In this document: positions 1 through 9,840 of the stretch, piece by piece
Numbering within the stretch: the stretch's first letter is position 1
How the letters are laid out: every line of letters starts with the position of its first letter
Source: Octopus sinensis
Taxonomy: Eukaryota
Reading direction: 5' to 3'
Length of the DNA: 14,425 nucleotides
Assembly (NCBI RefSeq): GCF_006345805.1
Contig: NW_021825792.1
Span: forward strand, 1 to 14,425
The notes under the pieces: generated by a model
What the model saw: the letters and a program-made list of their open reading frames with translations, nothing else
Database searches by the model: none
What the model was told of the DNA's origin: nothing
Program-made: the position numbers and the translations under genes

Positions 1-84
1 CCATTTATGTATAGTTGTATATGTGTGTTCTTACTGTGATATTCTGATATACATTTTGTGTATGCGTGTGTAAATTAATTAATG

Positions 85-189
85 TAATATATATATATAT
101 ATAATAGTATATATGTATGCATATACATACACATACACACAACACACATACTCGCACACACACACACACACGCATTTACATGTGTGTGA
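85..189. repeat. (TA)n/(CA)n compound microsatellite
   Basis: Directly visible TA and CA dinucleotide runs. Confidence 0.9.
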
Positions 190-281
190 AGGTTTGTCTT
201 TTTAACCTATTATGGCTACATCTGATTACGAATTCACTGAAAGTGGGACTATTATATTTCACCTGAATGTTTGTTTTGCGT

Positions 282-466
282 GAGAGAGAGAGATAGATGA
301 GAGAGAAGAGAGGGAGAGAGAGAGAGAGAGAAACAGACAGATAGACATAAATAAGAAAAAAAGGAAGAAATACATAGATAGATAAACAGAAAGAAACAAA
401 CAGAGAGAGAGACAGACAGACAGACAGGTCAGACAGACAGACAGACAGGCAGAGGAGAGAGGGAGA
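282..466. repeat. (GA)n/(GACA)n/(GATA)n compound microsatellite
   Basis: gagagaga, gacagacag and gatagata runs; these explain ORF 259..543. Confidence 0.9.
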
Positions 467-842
467 ACTTGAAACATTAGCGTTAACACATTTTTACCTG
501 AAAAATTCACTTTGCGATTATAACATCCACCATTTACAATCACAGAAGAAGACTATTTGCATTTCAACAAAGCAACCATAAAAGGAATTATTGAAATAAA
601 AGTAACCACAACACGGCAACAGGTGATGTATTAGAAATTTGTTTGTGTGAGTATGTTGTTTCGGTATTTTCAGCAAATGTTAATTTTCTCAGAATATCCA
701 GAAAATTTTAGATGGAACTTAAATCAAACAAATAGCCATGACGTTAAAAAAAAAATCAGAGAAAAAAAGTAGAGTATATCCCCTGTTTTCTTGGTTTTTT
801 TCTGAGTTAAATGTCAAAGAGTAGTAGCATTAGATTAATTCT

Positions 843-973
843 TTATTATTATAATTATTATTATAATTATTATTATCATTATTATTATTATTATTGATGC
901 CATTATTATTATTATTATAATTATTATTATATTATTATCATTATTATTATTATTATTCATTATTATTGATGCC

Positions 974-1004
<31 letters not shown>

Positions 1005-1040
1005 TATTATTATTATTATTATTATTATCATTATATTATC

Positions 1041-1071
<31 letters not shown>

Positions 1072-1079
1072 TTATTATA

Positions 1080-1121
<42 letters not shown>

Positions 1122-1126
1122 GATGC

Positions 1127-1162
<36 letters not shown>

Positions 1163-1195
1163 CATTATTATTATTATCATTATTATTATTGATGC

Positions 1196-1250
<55 letters not shown>

Positions 1251-1307
1251 ATATTATTATTATTATTATTATTATTGATGCCATTATTATTATTATTATT
1301 ATATTAT
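843..1307. repeat. (ATT)n microsatellite with recurring GATGCC interruptions
   Basis: About 460 bp of ATT triplets with GATGCC at 896, 968, 1122, 1191 and 1277. Confidence 0.95.
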
Positions 1308-1539
1308 TTGTTTTTATTTTTATTTTCTTCTATTTCCCCCTCTCAAGATGGCGACTGTGCTGTTATATTTGGCTTTGGTTATTTTTTATTTTTGCTTTTT
1401 TTATTTATTTTTTTTTGGCTTTTATTTTTCTTGGAGGTGGGTACGTGTTCTGTGTCTTCTGTTATGTTGAATGGTTTCCAAAATGAACAGAACTGAAGAA
1501 TAGAAGTGTTTAAGACAAATATCGAAACGAAAACGTAAT

Positions 1540-1670
1540 GTTAGTTATTGTTGTTGTTGTTGTTACCGTTGTGGTAGTTGTGGTGGTCATTGTTGTATAG
1601 CCCCAGGTCAGCCCTCATCGAGAAGTGCTATGATCAAAGAAGTTAAAGCCATAAAAAGACCACGCCGTCT
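1540..1670 (-). mobile_element. Probable 3' fragment of a retroposon with an (AAC)n tail
   Basis: A (GTT)n run (1540-1596) abuts complex sequence tagccccaggtcagccctcatcgag...tatgatcaaag. On the minus strand this reads as a body ending ...ggggcta followed by (aac)n. It resembles a repeat end I recall from octopus DNA, but there is no second copy in the window. Confidence 0.35.
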
Positions 1671-1719
1671 CACTTTGGTTCGTGTTCCCATTGTTTTGTG
1701 TCTCATTGTTGTTGATGAC

Positions 1720-1915
1720 GAAGAGAAAGAGGAGAAGGAGTGAGGAGGAGAAAGAGTAGGGAAGTAGGAATAGAAAGATGAGGAAGAGGAGGAAGTGGAG
1801 GAAGAGGACGACGACGACTAGGATAATGATGATGAAGATGAGGAATAGGAGGAGGAAGAGAAAGAGAAAGAAGAAGAAGAAGAAGAAGAAGAAGAAGAAG
1901 AAGAAGAAGAGGAAG
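1720..1915. repeat. Purine-rich (GAG/GAA)n tract with pure (GAA)n at ~1869-1909
   Basis: Directly visible. Confidence 0.9.
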
Positions 1916-1921
1916 GATTTC

Positions 1922-2171
1922 ATGATGTTGAATATGAGGGAATGACATAATGATGATGTCAACAATGATGATGATTATGATGACTATCCTGACGATGATG
2001 AAGATGACGATGGTTACAATGATGATGACAATGATGATGATGATGACAATGATGATGATGATGACTATAACGATAGCAATAAGGATTACGGCGAGGACGA
2101 CGATTTCGACGATCATGGTCGTGATAATGATGATGATTGATGAGGGAGGAGGAGGATATTGATGATGATAT

Positions 2172-2205
<34 letters not shown>

Positions 2206-2356
2206 AATGACGACGATGACGATGATGACGGTGATGACGATGACAATGACGATTATGGTGATGAGGATGATGATGATGATGACGACGACGACGACGACGA
2301 CGATGATTACAATGATGATGACGATGATGATGATGACGATAATGATGATGACAATA

Positions 2357-2400
<44 letters not shown>

Positions 2401-2460
2401 ATAATGATGATGATTATGATGATGATGATGATGATGCTGGTGACGATAAGGGTGATGATG
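1922..2460. repeat. (GAT/GAC)n degenerate trinucleotide array
   Basis: Directly visible; source of the poly-D, poly-M, poly-S, poly-H and poly-I ORFs. Confidence 0.95.
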
Positions 2461-2742
2461 GGGTAATCGTTGTGTTTTGCTAATTGCTTTCTTCTTTTTC
2501 CTTCCTGCTCTTGTTCTTGTTGCTCTCAGTTTCCTTAAATCTTTCCAACTAAATTAAATATTAAGACACGCCAGAGTTAATAAGCCAGAGCGGAGCAGCG
2601 TGGACTCGTTAAGAGGTTGCGGAAAGAGAAGAATGGAGTGGGTGTGCTTTTAATGAGATGTTACAGTGCAAAGTAGGAGTGTTGAGTGCGTTTTTAGAGT
2701 ACAGCAGAAAGGGTTATAGAAAGTAGAAAGTGAGATTTCATT

Positions 2743-2787
2743 TAGTAGTAGTAGGAGTAGTTTCAGAAGCGGTAGTAGTAGTAGTAC

Positions 2788-2824
<37 letters not shown>

Positions 2825-2855
2825 TTCAGAAGCGGTAGTAGTAGTTTCAGAAGTG

Positions 2856-2891
<36 letters not shown>

Positions 2892-2917
2892 ATAGTAGCA
2901 GCAGTTGCAGCAGCAGC

Positions 2918-2968
<51 letters not shown>

Positions 2969-3065
2969 GGTGGTGCTGCTGCTGCTGCTGCTGGCTGGTG
3001 TGGTAGTAGTAGATGTAGATGTAGTTTTTGTTGTTGTTGTTGTTGTTGTTGTAGTAGTAGTAGTA

Positions 3066-3114
<49 letters not shown>
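2743..3114. repeat. (GTA)n array with (GCA)/(GTG)/(CTG)/(GTT) sub-blocks
   Basis: Directly visible; GTTTCAGAAGYG interruptions at 2760, 2823 and 2844. Confidence 0.95.
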
Positions 3115-3115
<1 letters not shown>

Positions 3116-3284
3116 TAAATATATGATAAATCGTGGGTTCGATTGTATTAAAGAGAAGATATATCTTTAAAAAATAGAAAAGCGTTTCGAAAATGACGAA
3201 ACAAAAATCTAACTAGGCAAAATTAGAGCGCAAAAATTTTTCACTAATTCATTTCCTCCTAACTATAAACATGAAAACAATACA

Positions 3285-3311
3285 GAAAGAGAGAGAGAAA
3301 TAGATAGATAA

Positions 3312-3363
<52 letters not shown>

Positions 3364-3421
3364 TCAGAGACATAGATATGCATATCTATCTGTCCATCTA
3401 AATATGCATACATGTTATATA

Positions 3422-3454
<33 letters not shown>

Positions 3455-3595
3455 AATATATAGATATATAATGCATATATGATAGAGAGAGGAAGGGAGA
3501 GAGAGAGAGAGATAGAGAGAGAGAGAGGGAAAGAAAGAGAGAGAAAGAAGGAAAGAGAGAGATATATCTAGATATGTATATGTATCTATCTATCT
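3285..3595. repeat. (GA)n/(GATA)n/(GACA)n/(TA)n compound microsatellite
   Basis: Directly visible. Confidence 0.9.
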
Positions 3596-3676
3596 TTCTA
3601 CCAACATATTTTTCCAGAATATAGCTAGGGGAAAATGAATTTTCGAAAATTATTTTACTTTTTGTCTATTGTTGTA

Positions 3677-4045
3677 CTATATATAATATAATATAATATA
3701 ATATAATATAATAAATATATATATATATATATACACATATGTATGTATGTAAATGTGTGTATGTATGCATGTATGTGTGTGTGTATAACTATATAAATGT
3801 ATATACATATATACATATGCATACGTATTTATTTATCTTACTATATATGAATATAGGTATGTATATCTATATGTGTGCATATATGTCTGTGTGTGTTGTG
3901 TGTGTGCATCTGTGCAGATACACACATACATGGACATATACATATTATATATACATATTTATATAATTATATGTATATATGCATATATATATATATATAG
4001 ATATATATCTATATATATAGTATATATATATATGTATATATATGC

Positions 4046-4090
<45 letters not shown>

Positions 4091-4101
4091 TATATATATA
4101 T
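3677..4101. repeat. (ATAAT)n followed by (TA)n/(TG)n/(TATG)n microsatellite
   Basis: Pentamer run at ~3682-3712, then dinucleotide and tetranucleotide runs. Confidence 0.9.
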
Positions 4102-4378
4102 AAAAGGGCTTAGTAAAATAAATTACTTTGCCGCATACTAACTCATTAGAAATAGCAGCTAAAAAAACATTTATAAAACTATTTCTAATACTTAAAGAAA
4201 ACCTCTCTCATATAGTGTTTTCTCAATTCAACTCACGAATTTCGTGAGTTGAATTGAGCAAACACTATATGAAGAGAGGTTTTCTTTAAGTATTAGAAAT
4301 AGTTTTATAAATGTTTTTTTAGCTGCTATTTCTAATGAGTTCAGTATGCGGCAAAGTATTATTTTACTAAGCCCTTTT
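4102..4378. repeat. Long near-perfect palindrome (two 138-bp arms, 1-nt centre at 4240)
   Basis: 4102-4239 (aaaagggcttagtaaaat...actcacgaa) is the reverse complement of 4241-4378 (ttcgtgagt...ttactaagccctttt). By manual alignment the arms differ by 1 substitution and 4 single-base indels. Confidence 0.97.
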
Positions 4379-4477
4379 ATATAATGTAATAATTTGAATA
4401 CGCCTTAAATGGTCCCTTTGCATACTGAATACTTGGTGAAATTGATTAATTAATTAATTTTACCCTCAATTGTTGAA

Positions 4478-4770
4478 ATATATATATATATATATTATAT
4501 ATATATATATATATATAATATTATATATATATATATATATATGTGTGTGGTGGTGTGTTGGTGTTTGTGTGTACATATTATATGTATATATATCTTACAT
4601 AGGCTAGTTATATATTTTATGCATGTAAGTATAACTTATGTATGTATATATGTTTAATGCATGTATGTATATCTTATTTATGTATGTATATATGTATGTA
4701 TGTATGTATGTAGGTAGGTAGGTAGGTAGCTATATATGTGTATGTGTTTCTGTATGCATGTATGTATACA
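4478..4770. repeat. (TA)n/(TG)n/(TATG)n/(TAGG)n compound microsatellite
   Basis: Directly visible. Confidence 0.9.
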
Positions 4771-5179
4771 TAGTTTGAATAATAGATTGGCAATTATAAG
4801 ATAGGTGTTTTTGTTGTTGTTTTGTTTTGTTTTTCTCATTACTGAATCTATTCTAGTATATTACTGGAATTTGTTTTCAGTATTCTAACACAAAGACTTA
4901 AAATTTATTAAACAGCCTTAGAATTGTAAAAGTAAAAGAAAAATGTCGCCTTTCATGATTGTTTTACATTTACGAACGAAGTTGGTTATCCAGTTATCCA
5001 GACTGTCTTCTGGAATCGGCATTCCCCTCGCACAAATTGTAAACTATCCTTGTAATTCCTTCCTGACCAGACGCTCATGTGGCGAATAAATAAATAAAAG
5101 AAATCACCATCATCATCTCATTGCCGTCGTCGTCGCTGCCGCCGTCATCGTTATTTTCGAGCTAGCAGAACCGTTACCG

Positions 5180-5268
5180 AGCTGGCTGGTTGACTGGCTG
5201 ACCGATTGGCTAGCTGGCTGGCTGGCTGGTTGGCTGGCTAGCTGGCTGACTGGCTGGTTGGCTGGTCT
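5180..5268. repeat. (GGCT)n degenerate tetranucleotide repeat
   Basis: gctggctggttgactggctg...; preceded by a short SINE family 1 head fragment, cgagctagcagaaccgtta (~5158-5177). Confidence 0.85.
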
Positions 5269-5270
5269 GA

Positions 5271-5538
5271 CATTCCGTCGGTTAAGACGACAAATATTCC
5301 AGTTGATCCGATCAACGGAACAACCGGCTCGTGAAATTAACGTTCAAGTGGCTGAGCGCTCCACGGACACGTGTACTGTTACCGTGGTTTTCAGGGGGAT
5401 TCAGCATGACCTAGAATGTGACAAGGCTGGTCGTTTGACTTACATGTACAACTCATTTCTGCCAGTTGAGTTGAATGAAGCAGCATGAAATAAAGTTTTT
5501 TGCTCAAGGAATCGAACTCACGATGAATACATTAACCC
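5271..5538 (-). mobile_element. tRNA-derived SINE (family 3), degenerate and internally deleted
   Basis: On the minus strand, a Pol III B-box-like GTTCGATTCC (5508-5517) is followed directly by CCTTGAGCAA, a motif typical just downstream of the tRNA head in many metazoan SINEs. The body resembles an octopus SINE from memory. Single copy in the window. Confidence 0.7.
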
Positions 5539-6477
5539 CATGACAGCGGTTTTTCATCTGAGTGGAACCCTGCAATATACATACCTGTGTGTGTATGTTC
5601 TCCTGTTTTTAATTATCTAAAATCTTCTTCTGAGGAAGGAATTGGTTTCTAACAAACATACAGACTGCCATTGTTGGGACGTGGATTACGGAAACAACAC
5701 CACAGTTTAAACCTCAAAAAAGTCTAGCATATTTTCACTGTTCCTCTTACAGATTGCATTTGTAATGTACGAATCGGTTGGGGTTTTTTTCTTCTGAAAA
5801 TCCAAACTTATCCTGACTGCGAATTGCGCATTTACTCACGAAAACAAATGCACCAATTATTATTGCTATAAATGTGAATTTGTAATCTCTATAAAGATGC
5901 TGAACGTTTCGAAGCATTATTTATAGTTATCCTCCATCTTTTTGATTTTCAAAGAGTTATTCACTTCTTTGACGACACACTTTTTCTTGTCTGCCCCAAA
6001 ATATCCAGCATCTTATGCTTACATTTGACAGATGCTTGTATGTATATAAATATATAAATATGTATGTATGTATGTATGTATTTTTGAATGTTTGTGTGTT
6101 CAGAGTTACAAAATAATACAAAAACAAAATCAATGAGAAACTGCCCTAACAATCGTTAAACGATCAACGTAACATTAAAAAGAATTAAGACCGTATTTGT
6201 CTGGGAAACAAAAAAAAAAAAAGAGATTTATAGGACAGTAAATGTAAACTTGCTTTAATGTGAATATTGTAAATATAGACTCTGAAGATTAAGAGGATAA
6301 TCCGGAAAATTATAATCTTATTAATAATAAATACAATAACAAAAATTACATTGACAATAATTGCATTAATAACATTAAAAGTTACCGGAGATTAATAGCA
6401 TTAGCAATTATTAATAATAATTCATTTCAAAGCTTCAAATTTTTAACATTGATTGCTTTAGAAATTGACAGTATTAG

Positions 6478-6891
6478 AGCGGCTAGCTGGCAGAAACGTT
6501 GGCACGCCGGGCGAAATGCTTAGCGGTATTTCGTCTGCCGCTACGTTCTGAGTTCAAATTCCGCCGAGGTCGACTTTGCCTTTCATCCTTTCGGGGTCGG
6601 CTAAATAAGTACCAGTTACGCACTGGGGTCGATATAATCGACTTAATCCCTTTGTCTATCCTTGTTTGTCCCCTCTGTGTTTAGCCCCTTGTGGGTAGTT
6701 AAGAAATAAGTATTTAGGCTATTTTTACTTTGAGTTCAAATTCCGCCGAGGTCGACTTTGCCTTTCATCCTTTCGGAGTCGATAAATTAAGTACCAGATA
6801 CACACTGGGGTCGATCTAATCGACTGGTCCTCTCCCCCAAAATTTCGGACCTTGTGCCTAAAGTAGAAAAAAAAAAGAAAAAAAAAGAAAA
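6478..6891 (+). mobile_element. Dimeric tRNA-derived SINE (family 1)
   Basis: Head gctggcagaaacgtt (A-box-like), B-box-like GAGTTCAAATTCC at 6550 and 6732, the core gtcgactttgcctttcatcctttcgg..gtcg...aagtaccag...ctggggtcgat twice, and an A-rich tail. Collinear with 10712-11110. Confidence 0.9.
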
Positions 6892-6894
6892 TGA

Positions 6895-7231
6895 TAGTGA
6901 AATAGCGGAGTTGTTAGACGTTCAGGTAGGATGTCTGACCATATTTGTTCAAATCCAGCCTACGTCACGTCTATGTCTTATCTTTTCACAGCCGAGGAAA
7001 AGAATTCCAGTAGAAAGAAGTGGAAATGTTAAAGCATCGTTCTACATCTCTAGTGGTACATGTTTTGGCTCTTTACGTTCCGAGTTCAAAGCCAGCAAGG
7101 TCGATTCTACATTTCATATTTCCATGGTCGAATAAAAAAAAGTACCAATCAAAGATAGTTGAATCGTTAGAGCATCGGACCTGATTACTTGTATATATTT
7201 CGTCTCTTTGCGTTCCGAGTTCATATTCCGC
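6895..7231 (+). mobile_element. Two or three highly degenerate head-to-tail SINE family 1 related units
   Basis: Recurrent ctttacgttccgagttcaaa (~7070-7090) and ctttgcgttccgagttcatattccgc (~7206-7231), a decayed core ending aagtacc (~7140-7146), and a weaker gttcaaatcc at ~6947. Confidence 0.6.
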
Positions 7232-7554
7232 TTATGCGGTGATGATTGGTATAAATGACTCAACCACAGGATCATTCCATGCAACCGGTATTAGTCAAAT
7301 GGGCAGAGAGACTTAAAACCAACATGTATGCTGAGTCTTCATCCAGAAAGGGGTCGAAAATGGTTGAATGACATGTTTAGCAAAAGTGCATTTTCTTTTC
7401 ATGACGAAGTGGGAAGAAGAAGGGTAGCAGTTGTGACCCCAGGTGAGAGAAAAAGAAAGAAATTGTCCTTAGAGCAGAGATTTTGCCCAGATATTTATAA
7501 CATAGTGGATTCGTTAACATGAAGCAAAAAAATAGGTGGCAGTGACATATACAC

Positions 7555-7631
7555 TTAAAGAAATGCTGCGAAACGGGAACGAACTCGAAACTTCGCAGTT
7601 TTGAGACGGATTTCTTAATCACACGGCTATG
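7555..7631 (-). mobile_element. Degenerate SINE family 2 head fragment
   Basis: The reverse complement reads catagccgtgtgattaagaa...gagttcgttccc, similar to the head at 9317 with a B-box-like motif. Confidence 0.45.
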
Positions 7632-7662
7632 TATACACTCACAAAACGAACGCGATTATAAT

Positions 7663-7981
7663 ATTCTTTTATTCTCTTAATCGTTTCAGTCATTGTACTG
7701 TTGCAATGCAGAGACACCATCTTAAAGGGTTTTCTCAAACTAATCGACTCTAGTACTTATTCTTAAATATGATATTTATTTTCTCGATATCTTTTGCCGT
7801 TACAGGAACGTAAACAAACCAAAACTTGACTGGTTGTCAAATGTAGAAGAAAAACACGAAGACATGCACTCACACACACACGCATACACACACAACCATG
7901 CATGAACACACACATACACACACACACAGACATGTATGTTTTCGCTTCCGAAATTCACTCAAAATGTATTGGTTTCTCCAG
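7663..7981 (-). mobile_element. SINE family 2, 5'-truncated, with internal (CA)n
   Basis: Reverse-complement collinearity with ~9430-9750: cttttattc tail, cttttgccg..ttacaggaacgtaaacaaacca, ggttgtcaa, internal CA/TG microsatellite and aaattcactc. Confidence 0.7.
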
Positions 7982-8555
7982 TGTAAAGATTTGAAGTTAT
8001 TCCCCATTCCCATTTCAAGTTCCTTCCCGTTAATCTGAAATCGATTTCAAATTACCCCCGGACAGGGGTAGCCTGCGCCCGATTTCAAATTAACCATTCA
8101 CATTAACCCATCTCTAATTTCTCTAAAATGATAAATTCTAACGCTTAAAGAGTTGTAACTCGTGATACGTTTCCAGTATAACATTTAAGCTAATATTCAT
8201 ATGTGAGAAGAAAAAAGAATATCGGCATTTTTAAACGCCCCCTATTTTATGATGCCTTTTAAAAAATATGCTTTTAACATCAGAGATTCTAAGAATTTCT
8301 TTCTTAATGAGAAATTTTGTTGGATTAGATTTACAACCGTAATACTTGTTTACCCATAAACATATTACGGTTTTTTTCTTATTTGAAGTGTATAAATATA
8401 TATATTTCTGTTTATGTGAACGAATTGTATTTATGTATTTATTTATGTACAAAACAAAATGTATTAATACACTTTAAATGTTTCTGATGGTATTATAAAT
8501 TATTTTGGGTAGTTATGATAATTGTAAGTTGCAGAAAAAAAGTTATTAGTATTAT

Positions 8556-8773
8556 AATAATCCTTTCTACTATAAACACAAGGCCTGAAGTTGGGGGCGG
8601 GAGATAGTCGATTACATCGACCCAAGTGTTTCACTGGTACTTAATTTATCGACCCTGAAAGGATGAAAAACAAAGTCAACCTCAGCGGAATTTGAACTCA
8701 GAACGTAACGGCAGACGAAATACCGCTAAACGTTACACCCAGCACGCTAACGATTCTGCCAGCTCGCCGCCTT
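8556..8773 (-). mobile_element. SINE family 1 monomer, full length
   Basis: Reverse complement of head (ttctgccagctcgccgcctt), B box (ggaatttgaactc), core, and tail aatcctttctactata. Confidence 0.92.
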
Positions 8774-8796
8774 ATTAAGATTATAAAAATGATGAT

Positions 8797-8992
8797 AAGG
8801 TGGCGAGCTGGCAGAACTATTGACACGTCAGACAAAATGCTTAGCAGCATTTCGTTCGTCTTTACGACCTGAGTTCAAATACCGCTGAGGTCGGCCTTGC
8901 CTTTCATTCTTTCGGGGTCGATAAAATAAGTACCAGTTTAATCGATTTAACCTTCCCCTGAAATTGCTGACTTTGTGCCAAAATTTGAAACT
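8797..8992 (+). mobile_element. SINE family 1 monomer with the alternative 3' end
   Basis: aaggtggcgagctggcagaa...gagttcaaatacc...gcctttcattctttcggggtcgataaaataagtaccag...gtgccaaaatttgaaac. Confidence 0.9.
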
Positions 8993-9104
8993 ATTTTTAT
9001 TATTTTATTTGCCATCAGGGTGATAACATTTCGGGAACGATTTGAGAGAGGTAATCTGAAATTGTACGGAAGAAGATAGTTTTTTTTTTTCTTACTGAAT
9101 GGTT

Positions 9105-9297
9105 AATTTACGTAAGCACAACATCGGTTGTGAAGCGGTGAGAGGCAGACACATTGAAACAGTTATCGACTACCAAATTCCACCCATATAGCATTGTCGA
9201 GCTGGGGCTATAGAAAAAATCCTTTACCCAAACTGCCATGCAGCGGAACCGAACTCGAAATCAAATGAACTTCATCATCACCCAGATATGTCCGCAA
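9105..9297 (-). mobile_element. Degenerate SINE family 2 (5' half)
   Basis: The reverse complement of 9119-9139 matches 9557-9577 at 19/21; ggggctatagaa matches ttctactgtagccc; ggaaccgaactc is B-box-like on the minus strand. Confidence 0.7.
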
Positions 9298-9316
9298 TAT
9301 AGGGCTGTATGTTCAT

Positions 9317-9753
9317 AGGTGCAGGCATGTGTGGTTATGAAGCTAGCTTTGCAGTCACGTGGTTTCAGGTTTGGTCTCACAGCGCGCTACCGAGAGAAAA
9401 CGTCTTCTACTGTAGCCCTGGGCTAACCAGTGCCTTGTCAGTGAGTTTAGTAGACGGAAACTGTGTGGAAGCCCGTCATACCTACATACATCTGTACGTA
9501 AGTATATATATGTCTGCATGTGTACGTCTTTCTCTGTCTGTGTTTGTTCCCAACCTACCGCTTAACAACCGGTGTTGGTTTACTTACGTCCCCGCAATCC
9601 AGCGTTTCGACAAAGAAACCGACAGAATGAATATCAAACACTGAAAAAGTCAGTCCTGGGATTGATTTGAATTGTTCGACTAAATCCTTCGAGGCGATGC
9701 CACAGCATGGCCACGATCCCTCAAATAAAACATGTAAAAGATAAAAGACAAGA
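9317..9753 (+). mobile_element. SINE family 2, near full length, with internal TA/TG microsatellite
   Basis: tRNA-like head (ggtgcaggcatgtgtggtta...), body gtagacggaaactgtgtggaagcccgtc, internal simple repeat, and cagcatggccac...aaaagataaaaga tail; homologous to the copies at 7663 and 9105. Confidence 0.8.
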
Positions 9754-9781
9754 TATATATATGTATGTATATATATATATA

Positions 9782-9817
<36 letters not shown>

Positions 9818-9840
9818 TATATATAATATTATATATATAT
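9754..9840. repeat. (TA)n microsatellite
   Basis: Directly visible. Confidence 0.9.

Noticed and set aside
896-1282. Regularly spaced GATGCC as a CRISPR-like array
   Set aside because: The repeat is only 6 bp, the spacers are ATT microsatellite, the context is eukaryotic, and there are no cas genes.
966-1496. 176-aa hydrophobic ORF
   Set aside because: Translation of (ATT)n and T-rich low-complexity DNA.
2137-2466. Poly-Asp ORF resembling acidic biomineralisation proteins
   Set aside because: Pure (GAT/GAC)n translation with no signal peptide or unique domain; overlapping ORFs exist in several frames on both strands.
2485-2730. Polypyrimidine tract plus ctctcag acceptor before unique sequence
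   Set aside because: Early stop codons follow and no convincing donor was found; there is no evidence for an exon.
2730-3068. Poly-Val ORF
   Set aside because: Translation of (GTA)n.
5612-5715. Possible old repeat fragment (ttctgaggaaggattggtttctaacaaa)
   Set aside because: Only vague familiarity; no second copy or structural hallmark in the window.
6481-6565. Possible tRNA genes at A-box/B-box motifs
   Set aside because: No cloverleaf is evident, and each motif is attached to a SINE core and tail, so these are tRNA-derived heads.
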